NCBI GenBank assembly: GCA_051294905.1
Contig: CM119371.1
Location: 21,454,001-21,518,000 of the forward strand
Direction: 5' to 3'
DNA length: 64,000 bases
From: Botryllus schlosseri
Lineage: Eukaryota
Numbering within the stretch: the stretch's first letter is position 1; each line of letters starts with the position of its first letter. Under the pieces are notes generated by a model. It saw only the letters and a list, made by a program, of their open reading frames with translations. It did not search any database and was not told where the DNA came from. The position numbers and the translations under genes were made by a program. This document shows positions 39,343-50,800 of the stretch, in pieces.

Positions 39343-42193
39343 ATGGAACAGCCAAGAGTAAGCGTAATACGCTGCTTATGATGAGATATTTCCGAGGTTT
39401 CTATCGGAAAACGAACCTAAAAGTTCTGGTTGATATGCTGGTTATGTTGATATTCTTGAAGATATAATCGTAGTCTCCAATACGAATATCTTCCTAGAGC
39501 TACAAACATTCGATATACAAAAATTGTTGATAAGCACCCTACATTATGGTGAAAACCTGCTACATACACCTATTATATGCTTACTTCTTGATTTACACCG
39601 ACAGCTCTCATACACATCATATTTCGTTATAGTTCCGTTATAGTGATATTAAAGTCAATGTAATATATATATGATGAGCGAATGATGAGCGATGAGCGAA
39701 TGTTCCTTATGATAGTCGATGAAATATTCGAAGACAGTCAAGAAAATTAGGTAATTAAATAGGCGCGCTTATCAATGTGTCTTTAAAAGCTAGTTGACGG
39801 GAAGTGAATACCCTAGACAAGTTTGAACCTCTCTATATTGCAGCATATTGGAGATAGCTTGTGCAATAGCCCTAAATACAACTAAATGCGGGGATTTGAT
39901 ATCGCAATAAGTGTGATTTCGAGACAATTCAAATTGTTGAGAATTAGGACTATTTTGCATCCATCTGCGATAACTGTACTGCGTATTGCTATTTGGAAAG
40001 GCTCCAACAGCATAGTTAGCATCAGCATTCTGGAAACTTGCATCAGCTTATTTTTTAATAATCATTTAAATCGTGTATATTTTAATAGTGAACGTCTTTT
40101 GTACAAGCTAATTATTTTCATCAACAACACAAGATAATTGATACTTTAACTAAAAAATTAATAAGATATTAACAAAGCAACAATATTATTAGAAAAATCA
40201 GTGCTAGTGAAACAATAACAACACTAGAAAATGACTAATTTCACGCAAAAATCTTAAGATATTCATATTATTAGGCAATTTTCTGATATCATTACTTTGG
40301 TTTGTGTCTCATTATTACTGTGTAAAATGATAGCATTTTGTAGTGCATAGGGTAAGGTACTGCGACACGATCCATTGGTCAAGAATGTATTCAGTTAATT
40401 CCCTGTAGAGGCCAGCTGTTGTATCATATGGATTTTGAAAGGAAATTGAGAGACACACATCATATGTTTGCACGTACTACATAAAGAAATTAAGCTACAA
40501 TATAGCGTTCGCGTAGAGTATAAGTGTGACGGTGAAGATATGGCCGCAGAAATTTCACAACGGGTTAACCAACACGGTAGCTGGAGCGTAACTGGTCTTA
40601 TTCACAATAAACATTTGAGCACACATCTAACACATTACTATAGTACAGGGTGGAGAGATCTGCTTCATGCGCGACCTGCATATCAAACAATCTTATCTCA
40701 TTATATTATACTACATTTGCAGGCTAATGCGTGGAACAATATTAATACTAAATAGCGAATGCATTGTTTAGTGAGACATATGTGAGGCGAGTAGGGTAAT
40801 AATATTGCGATATGTCATTTACACAGTGCTATCAAAATGTTTACGTCACTGGATTTTTAATACATATTTCTAGTTGTTCTGGGATTTCAATATAATGCAA
40901 GACTTATAGAATTTGATGAAAGATGGTACTAAATGATTAAAAATTTGCAATTGAACTCTCGAATCGAAGTGGATAATTAATCAATGATAAATCATTGTGT
41001 ATAACGATGAACTTGATAGTTAACTACGTTGGTACAGCTCAACATCATTTCCGCTATAAGTAATTTATTGGTCTATAGCGATCTCCTTTGACCGCAAACA
41101 GTCGGTGATACGAATGCACTGCTATTGCGAAATATCCCTATAACAGCAGCTAACAATAAATACCTACATCAAATATTTGAGAAAATCTACTTTTTCTCTA
41201 TGATTGCGGCATACCAAATTCGATTAAATTCCAGTCAGTAGGCGAATTGCTACTTGGAGTAGAAGTACAATTTACTGGATTTAAATATGTTTAAAATATT
41301 TCATTTTTCAAGTATTATTACTTTGGTTCCAACTTTGGAATATTAATGATTATTATTATTTCTTTCATTATTCATTGAAATCATTGTAGCTTATAACGGT
41401 GAACATCTTTTGTACAACAAGCTCCAAGTTTAATTAGAATTAGCGCTACACAAAATTCAAATACCTTGCAACCTCATGAAGGTGTATCCTATCAATACAC
41501 AATAATAAACTTCATTCGATAGTCAACATTTCATTGTGACAACAGCTGTGCTCTATAGGGAATTAACTGAATACCTTCTTGGTTAATGGATAGTGTCGCA
41601 GTACCTTAGCGTATGCACTACAAAATGCTTTCATTTTACACTAATATTGACACACAAATCAACGTAATAATATCAAAAAATTACCTAGTAATATGAATAT
41701 CTTATAATATTGCGTGAAATTAGCCATTTCCATGTGTTGTTACCACTGATTATTTTATTAATATTGCTGCTTTGTGAATATCTTATTTATTATTTAGTTA
41801 ATTTATCAATTATCTTGTGATGTTGATGAAAATAATTAGCTTACGTTATTATAAGAATCAAAACATGATTTGAATCTTTTAAAATATTTCATTCTAACTG
41901 AGGAGTATTAATATTATTAATATTTTTTCTATATTCATTGACATCATTGTGGCTTATAACGGTGAACATCTTTTTTTTAATATTGTTGCTTTGTGAATAT
42001 CTATTTGAGTTTTCGTTAAATTGTTGATTATCTTGTTGAAGAATTAGTTTGTACAAAAGACGTTCACTGTTATAATCTACATGATTTCAATGATTAGAAT
42101 ATCTTATGATTTTACGTGAAATTAGCCATTTTCATCGATATTGAAGTCTTCTGAGAGCATCTTCATTATTCACTAGTCCGCGCAATTCTCCTC

Positions 42194-42481
42194 TTAGTAC
42201 GTTATGTCTTTCAACAGAGCATTTGAATTGCTATTCGAAGGTATCTGACAGCTGTGAACTAATTCTTCAAGTTTGTTCATCGTAGCGTAACGACCATTTT
42301 TACGAATCCATAACTGTATCATTTGATATCGTTGCTCAGTTAAGTTATAGCAATCCATGTATTGACATTCGGCAATTTCATTGTCAGATAGCTCAAGTTT
42401 TTCACGTGCAAACCTATACCAGTTCATCAGGTCAATTCGATTCATTATGACGTATATATCATTAGCAGTAATCTTTGACAT
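42194..42481 (-). CDS. Stand-alone death-domain protein, right arm
   Basis: Mirror of 27750-28037 with one D/N difference. Confidence 0.85.
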   Translation of the reverse strand: MSKITANDIYVIMNRIDLMNWYRFAREKLELSDNEIAECQYMDCYNLTEQRYQMIQLWIRKNGRYATMNKLEELVHSCQIPSNSNSNALLKDITY

Positions 42482-43582
42482 ATTCAATCTACAGCCTACA
42501 GCGAATAATCATGTAATAAATATTATACGTTATATATTACCTTGCACTTGCTTCAACTGCAAAGGCAATCAACGCAATATTAACGTAATCATATCTCGGT
42601 GTTACTAAAGTAATCAACTACACATACGACGTAATCATGAACATGCTTCAACTACACAATCGTATTAACGTATTTCTCAGTGTTATTGGACTGGAACTAG
42701 ACGCAATCATAACGTAATCATATCTGAGCATTACTGGAACTAAGCAAAGCCGCTCTCGTAATAACTAAAGTAATCGCATATGACGTGATCATGAACATGC
42801 TGCAATACGCAATCATAGGTAATCAACTTACTCAATGACGTAATAAATATCTCAGCGTTACACGTGGAACTAAGCAAAGCCGCTCTCGTAATAAATAAAG
42901 TAATCAACTACGCATGTGACGCAATCATGAACATGCTGCAATACGCAATCATAGGTAATCAACTTACGCAATGACGTAATAAATATCTCAGCGTTACTGG
43001 ACTGGAACTATGCTATCTCTCGCTCAACCAAAACCTCTCTCGTATTGGAACCAAACCCACATCCTTCTGCATTCTGATTGGCTAACAGATGTCACGTGAT
43101 CAAATACTCGACGCTGATTGGAGGGGGTATAAAGACAGGCTATACTACTACTACTGACCCAGTCAATCCGAAATCGAGTAACTGTACGAGAAGGTCGCAC
43201 CAAACCAAATCGCAATCTTCAGTCACGAATCATTAACAGGTCATGTTTTGTCATCATGAACTAGAAATGTCACGTATTAGCTGATCTTCTACCGCATGGC
43301 AGCTTGTAAAAGTGATCTGATAGAGAAGTTTGTTGACATTTCAGTGATTTTTATTGCAGTTTGAGCGTGAACTGCAAGCTGTCACATCTAAAGAATAGAT
43401 ATGGCACTTCAATATATCGTTGAATACTTGGTGACGTCATGGCTTTAAAAAACATAAATAGCATAAAAAACATATTTTAAATTAGGGCCCTTGTTTTAAA
43501 TGAAACCATAACTATATGGATGCAGACGTAGCCTATACGCCGGAATACTAGCGATACATGTTAGCCGTATCACTCCTTAAGG

Positions 43583-44679
43583 CAGGGGTCACCAACCCGG
43601 TGCCCGCGGGCACCAGGTAGCCCGCGAGGACCAGATGTGGTGCCCGCGAGCCTGTTCTGAAAATAGATCGAATAGCAACATTTGCCAATATTCGTCAGAT
43701 TATCACCAGCGAGCTTTTAAATAGATAAATTGAGTGATATAGCTATTGTCGTTTAAATCACACTATAGCATGAGACTTGGAAATGACAATACATATATAT
43801 AAACACTTAAAATGATGATAGCTAATATCCCCAATTACAACTAGTAATATACCAACATGTAGCCTAATCGAATCACAAGATATCGAAGACTGAGCACTGA
43901 GCACTACCTATACAGGCGACATATGGCGGAATGCTATCTACGGTCTCCTTGAAATGTCGGTGGTGAAGCTGGACAGTGGACATCCAGTACAATGACACAT
44001 GAGCAAATGGCATTACTATTCGGTAGCAGATAGCCGTGTTTCTCATTTTCTGTAATAGTTGTCACTGCCCGGTATAATGCTCGACAAGTGGATTCGCTTG
44101 TCAATCAAATCCTTTCGAGACTCTTTGGCAACATATACCTACCAAGGTCATTCTGACTTAACAATGCCCCAATCCCGAAGCCGGCGCTCGCAACGCTGAT
44201 AAAGCCGGCACAGCTCGTGTGATACGGCCTTTACAAACAAGCTAACGTTAGCGATCGCAGAAATGTCAGGAAAAAGAATGAAAACATATCATTTTCAAGA
44301 CGGATTCAGCGCAATAGCTGATAACATGCAATGCCAGCCTTCCCACTGACTGATATACGTAAATAGAGATAACAAGATGTCCACCGTCCAGTCCAAAGTT
44401 GACTTGATTTGAGTTGACTGTTGCATTATTTATACAAATAGGTGCTATGGTGCTAAGTAATTCATAATTTCTTAATAAATGCCAGTGAAGAGCTAGTTGA
44501 AATGAGATGTTTTGATTTTACGAGACTGTCTTGGAAAGAAGTCTTACCGCAATGTGATTACTGCCCCATGAATTTCGAAGTGGAAATTCAGGAGGGTAAA
44601 CGGCGGGAGTAAATGGTGCCCGTGGCATCAATCAGTATCAAAAAGTAGCTCTCGGGTGCAAAAAGGTTGGTGACCCCTG
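43583..44679. mobile_element. Charlie/Buster-like non-autonomous hAT
   Basis: CAGGGGTCACCAACC / GGTTGGTGACCCCTG; TSD CCTTAAGG. Confidence 0.95.
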
Positions 44680-44801
44680 CCTTAAGGTATGCAATTTTGA
44701 TGGGCGATTGTTAGTCATTCACATTGTCGAAATTTCCGAAATTCTAATTCACTGACATCTAGCGTAGTCACCCGGTAGATCAATAACTCTTTTCATTCTA
44801 G

Positions 44802-47800
44802 TCGATATTTCTGAAACCTTCAACTGCAAGAGAAGAGGACCAATGGAGAGTGAGTGTTAGCTGAATACCACGACAAGTTGAGGTACAATATTCTCACTTT
44901 AAATCCTATGATTCAGGAGATAAAGTCTCTTACGCTGACTCAAAATGACATGATTGATATTTACAATCAAGTTCAACGAAACGTGTATGACAATTATTGG
45001 AAGAGCAATCTGGACGACCTTGAAAAATGGAGCTTGCTAAAATTGAACAGAACATTATTTGGCGAATGGACCAACATCACTCAAACTTATCCTCCTCAAG
45101 TTTTTACACCGCTACAGCTACCAGCTGATACAACTCTGCAAATTAGTAAGGTGAGTTCTATGAAGATTGACGACTCTGTTTATTAGGCTTCTGCCTCGAA
45201 AACACCAAATAGAAATTTGATTTTACGGTACAATTTTCATTTAAGGTCAGTAGACACGCACCGATTACTTCAACGATCTAATCCCGGGGTTCTCAACACG
45301 CAGGCCGAATGCGGCCAGGAGATGCTAATTTTGCCGCCCGCAATATATTCAATTATGAAAGCAATCACTAATAATATGGTTTTGTTTATTGATGATTCAT
45401 CTTGGTTTTTTTATATCCTCAAGTTTCAATTGGCATTCGGTTGATAACAATCGGTAGTCGTCTAATGGACTCTGGTTTGAGAAAATATTGCAACACCCAA
45501 GAAGTCACATTTGTAGAGTAAATGATAGCAGGGCCAACGTCGGTGGGAATTACGTGCTCTGCAATGACGAAATTTTATCCGGGACCACCCAATACACCAA
45601 CTTGACAAAGCTGAATATGATCCAGCTATGGTAGAAATGTAAAAGGAGTTGATTGGTTTGCTCAAAAGATAGCTCAAAATCTCTTAATTCTTCTCGTATC
45701 ACTGTATTTTGCATTGGAGGCGGAGAGCAGGAGAGCTCAAAGTGACAATTGTCGCTGTGACGGTACAGTATTCGTAAATTGATACTTGCTCACGCATTGA
45801 AACAGAGAGTTCTGTGATGGAAGGGTGGGAATGTGCAAATTACTATTCGGCAAGACATGCAACGCACGCTCCAAGAATTTGCAACTAGTAGTAAGCATGT
45901 TTAAAGTGGGAAATCGACGTGATTCGCTTACTCTCCCGGAAGATAACATATTCAAACAATCACATCACTGCAAACTAGTGCGGAGTGGATCGACAAATTC
46001 TCTGGTTCGGCTCCGATCCGGTTGGCCAATTCTCTGGTCCGGCTCCGATTCGGCTCCGACCGTATCAGGAAAAAGTACTGATCCGGCTCCGATCCGGCTC
46101 CGGTCAAAAATGAAAAAGTCCTGCCGGAAATCCGGTCCAAAACGGTACGGTGGTTCCGAAAATTTAAAAAAAATGGCTCGTTTCCTTCCGCACTGGCTTG
46201 ACGGTTACTTGCGTGTAGTTATTTAGTTACAAACGTCATGCTTATCCAGAGAGATTCAGGCCTTATCAAAAAAGTACTGATCCGGCTTCGATCCGGTCCG
46301 GCCAAAATTGAAAAACTCAGGCTGGATATCCAATCCGGCTCCGGTCCATGCTCCGCGCTACTGCAAACTTGCGAACGGTGTAAATTATTCATTGCTTTAG
46401 AATGCATAAACACGTCGTCCGTATACGTGCGTACACGTCTCGTAAATACGGTGAAAGTAGTAATAGCCTTAGATTACATGGTAATAATGTTGTGCGATAC
46501 GCTGGACTTTTTCTGTTGAAATGAGGCTCGTTATATATATGCAATTGAGGTACCCACCCGTAAAGCGTGAGAGCATCCGCGCGAAGCGCGTTAATTGACT
46601 GTTGGCCGACATATATCACGTTGTCTGTTATTGCGAGTTTTTGGTCTTCTGAGACCATGGAGAATGATGTTCTCTCTTCGATATACCATATCAATCATTT
46701 GTTTTCTGAGAAAGAAGACAGCACCTTCCGCCTACCTATATATTAAGTAATACGAAACCACCGATATTGCGTGTATAACGAAGCTTAGGAATGCTACGAC
46801 ATACTTTATCTCAAAATTCAGATCGTCTAATAACTAATTAATGACCAGTTGGTTACCTTCGACCTGCTGAATTTTAAAATGTTTCCTGCTTACAAAATTA
46901 GGATCGAGCCAAGAGGTATATGTGGGCCATGGTGAATTTGCATAACTTTGACAATTAGATCATATTTGGAGCTGATGAGTTTCACGTATGATATCAACTT
47001 TCAAGATGTTTCTTCTCGCGCAAATTTGGTGAAATCAGTATCTGAATAAGAAAAGCGCTGCTCTAAAGGTAATATTGAAAATGTTTTCATCATAATAAAT
47101 ATATGGTGAAGTATTGCGATGTGCCCCTTTTGAATTTATTCCATGTTGGGCAAGTCGTGGATGTTCCCATGTTGCGAGCGATTGGCGGCCATAACGCGTT
47201 CAATTGATTTAGTTGACTATGTCGACACCTCCAACCATGATTTTATGCTCAATCACTTTTTATTATAGGATGGTCTAGCAAAGGCCGGTCGTATGATGGG
47301 CAAGGCTGTTGGGCTGGTAAAAGGTCGTGATGACGAGGTAGGTCTCGAACTTTTGTGTCAACGTTGTAGACACTTGTTGCCTCATTTATCGCGGCGATCT
47401 CTATAGCAGATCTGTACCGAACCACGATGTTCCGTGCACCTGTCACTTGAACCGAATTTATATCTTTATAGATAGCTCAAGTCTAAATGGCGATGGTACA
47501 ATAATTATGGCAGTAAGCACATATTTCTGGTTGAGATACCGACGTTTTGTACTTCCCAAAATCTATTTACATCTGCCAACATAAAACAAGCGACGTATAT
47601 GTCTCAGCGTAGCCTACCCCGTGTTGTGGAGAGTCACAATACATGAGTGTCGCAACGCATCCCACGTTAACTCACTTCCCCGGAAGTCGCGGTTATGCAC
47701 CAACGTCGCTTCTAATCAACAACACGATTTCCGCAGAATCTTTCACGTTTTGTGTATCCTAAAACGCTTCGAGCAGAATGATTCTACTCTTCGCCAATTC

Positions 47801-50800
47801 GGAGAGCCTTACAGACACCCTACTTCGTCCACATCAATCAGGTGACTGGATAGTCTGGCCTATTAAGCAACCACTGGCTCAATCGTAGTATTGAGGGTAA
47901 AATGAACTCCTTATTGTCCAATTTCACAGCAATGACTGAACCTTCAACCTTCATTACATATTTTGACTCGCGTCAAGTCAAGTCACTCGATATTTAGAGG
48001 TGACTCCGGTCAAGTCAAGTCAAATTAAGTCAAGTCACAATTTCAAGTCAAATTGAATTTTTGAACTAATAGTGATCGTTCAAAGTCATAACATTTTGCC
48101 GGCCGTGTGAAAGACAGGTTCATTAGCTTTTTATCTTGACTCAAATAACGAATATATAGTTAAATAGTTAAATATACATGCGAAAAGGCGTTGTACCGCA
48201 CACGAACACGTGGAACTGCTAATAAAATACGTGAGTAGCAGTACAGTTACATTCTACAGCAGGGGTGTCAAACATACGGCAATACGCATCCGGCCCGTGA
48301 AGCAATTTTTAGTAGATTGAAATATTCTTCTATTTTCCAGCACATTTGTAACAAATATTGAGATTTTTTGCAGGAAATACTTTCATGTTAATAGGCCCTA
48401 GTATAACCAGTAACTACGGCGTTGTGGTTTCACTCGTTACCACTAATGACAAAACTGTGAAATTGACACCCGATTTCAAGAAGGCACAAAGTACACACCA
48501 AGTTATGGAGAAATGGATCAAAAAGTAGTTATTCACAGAAGCGAAAACGCCAATGCGGAACCTTTATATGCAGTTTGCATGGAAAATATAATAGTTGTAA
48601 TGGTCGCAGTGCTATGTCACTTTCGATCCTATAGATTCCCAGACCTAATAGAAACCCAACTCGAGGTTTAATAATAAACCGAATTCCAACGTCCGCGTTT
48701 ACAGTTAAATATCTTGTATTCTCCACAACACATATGCAAGACTAACGCCAGATTACGACTAAATCAAAGGGATCACTAAACGTGTCAAGTTGTATCGTCG
48801 TTAACGAGATTGTTTTAGCGAAGTGGCGCCCCCTTGGGGGGGGGGAGGGGGGGTGAAAGCATCTGAAGGTGGGCGTGAAGAAGCAGTCAACTGAAAATAT
48901 TTTTCGCCGTCTGCTCGATTTGCCTCCAATTCACGCGTGTTTATCTATATATGGACCGATTTTCATATCTTTGAATTCTCTCGTCAACAGTCACAACACA
49001 ACCTTCCATGTCATCAAACAATGTGTTGGGGTTGCTAGCATCCCCGTTGGATTTTGTGATATGACGATAGGGGAGCGCGAAATTTTTCACAATCATGAAG
49101 GGGGGGCGTCTCTAAAAAAGGTTGGGAACCACGGTTTTAGCGGTTCTTAGCTGCATTTGACTGGACAATCATCGTACTTTCGCCAATTCCATTGTTCGCG
49201 AATAAAGATATTTCGACTTGCTATTTTAAAAACCCTGTGATCCGTGTATTATCTACATATGCGCTTAAGGCATTCATGTGAAGGGCAAGAGGACTAGGTA
49301 ACATTTTGGAATCGGTTGATTGGTCCGGCCCGCGATCGATCTGAAGGCTTGAATCCGGCCCGCGACGCAATTTGAGTTCGACACCCCTGTACTACAATCT
49401 GTTATTATCAGTTAAAATAGACGATCGAATACGAAGCTTCGAGAAGTTCCAACAAATTGATATGGTGCAATATACTACCCATCTACGCATCCGTGAGAAT
49501 ATAAATGCATAACCTATATACTCATCCGATTTAAATCATACACGACGCTTGATGAAGGTGAGCCCGGCGCAATGCTAGCACTGAACCGTCTACGAAACAG
49601 AGATAAATTGCAATTAATCTATTACTACTACGACAACGTAATCTGTCATCATTTTGTTTGCGGCCAATTCATTTGTGATTTAACAATGGAGGACCAGTGA
49701 AACGCACAATCAGTGAATGACTTGTTGCTCTCACAAGTGTCACCGGCGTATCGCGAATAATCCAAACATACGAATGATGCAGTTAATTATTCGACTCCAT
49801 TTCCTTATTGATGACTTGAAATTGAGACGTAAATTTTGCTCCGAGTCACTAGTCAATCCTCCTTTCCAAAGCTCCGAGTCAAGTCAGGTCATACGAAAAA
49901 GTTGATTCGAGTCTGACGTAAGTCAAGACGAGTCCTCTCATACTACTGTTTTCTCTATAATAATAATATTGACAAACCAATTGACCATAGAAACTCAAAA
50001 TGATATAAAGTTTTTTATTAGAAAACTATTTATATTTATTAGCATGCGAAAGAAGAACATCTTGCCACCATCAACGTCATCGGAAAAGAATTTGGTGACG
50101 CTTTGAAAGAAAATCCAGATGTTGCTCAATATAAAGCTGGGAAGGTAACTCTGGACTTTGATCTGCCTGCACATGAGATATTCAGAGTTTGGTTCAATAA
50201 GTACGGAATAATTTGATCAGATATAGGTTCAAGACGTTTTGAAATGTTCGCATTCCTGACATTTCTGAAGGTAATCTATGATGCAAACGTCATTCATAAA
50301 TAAAAAGGCAGTCAACCGTGCATAGGACAATTGATACGGGTAAGTGCTGAATCCACCATGAAAATTATTTCAGGTGTAAAACTTCGACTGAACAGGCCTA
50401 TGCAAACCGAAATCTCTAAAAAGACGACGGGTTCCATAAAAATGAAACTTGTCTTTTACCGCCCATTAGTACTATGATTTTGATATCACTTATAGTCCGT
50501 CGCAACTCGTCACAACATGTATTCGATTCAATCGGGCTTTTGCTTTGATTGAGATCGATAAAATGATGCCCCCACAAAAACAAAACTAATCATATGAATC
50601 AATATTGAGACTGCTCACAGATCAGAATAATGAGTAATGGAAGTATACAGGTAGGATATAGATTGGGCATGTCCGGTTTAAATTCACGAGTTCCTAGCGA
50701 TAGATGATCAGTGATCATATACCCCTATTACGAAGATGTGTACAAAGTAAATATATTTGATACTCAAGTAGAAGTGGAATACCATCGTAAATTTGACTCG

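Larger units (their letters stand above)
27082..43152. mobile_element. 16-kb fully palindromic non-autonomous Polinton/Maverick-like element with cargo genes
   Basis: Arms 27082-35098 and 35132-43152 are near-identical reverse complements. Termini are AGTATTATAGCC (left) and AGTAGTAGTATAGCC (right, reverse complement). The 6-bp TSD ACTGAC lies at 27076-27081 and 43153-43158; removing the insert restores the hAT end plus its TSD exactly. Confidence 0.8.
22380..43430 (+). mobile_element. Fragmented hAT element (same family as intact 58473-59699), host of several insertions
   Basis: Pieces 22380-23218, 24971-25274 and 43165-43430 are collinear with 58473-59640; the right end is missing. Confidence 0.8.

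Noticed and set aside
39860..40020. Third RING-like remnant (KCG...ICDNC)
   Set aside because: It needs a frameshift and several stops, and ligand spacing is poor.
27082..43152. Palindrome as a fold-back read or assembly artefact
   Set aside because: An exact TSD, resumption of the interrupted host hAT after the right arm, unequal termini and scattered arm substitutions all argue it is real. Read-level confirmation is still advisable.
25275..43156. One composite hAT bounded by the 8-bp TSD ACCCAGTC
   Set aside because: Explained more simply by a later insertion with 6-bp TSD ACTGAC at the hAT right end.
44840..44920. Apparent 4-bp frameshift (GAGTGAGT) in the host gene
   Set aside because: GTGAGT at 44850 is a canonical donor; a 67-nt intron to 44916 keeps the frame.
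46430..46455. TRLVNTV peptide shared with ORF 342-587
   Set aside because: No flanking similarity; probably chance.
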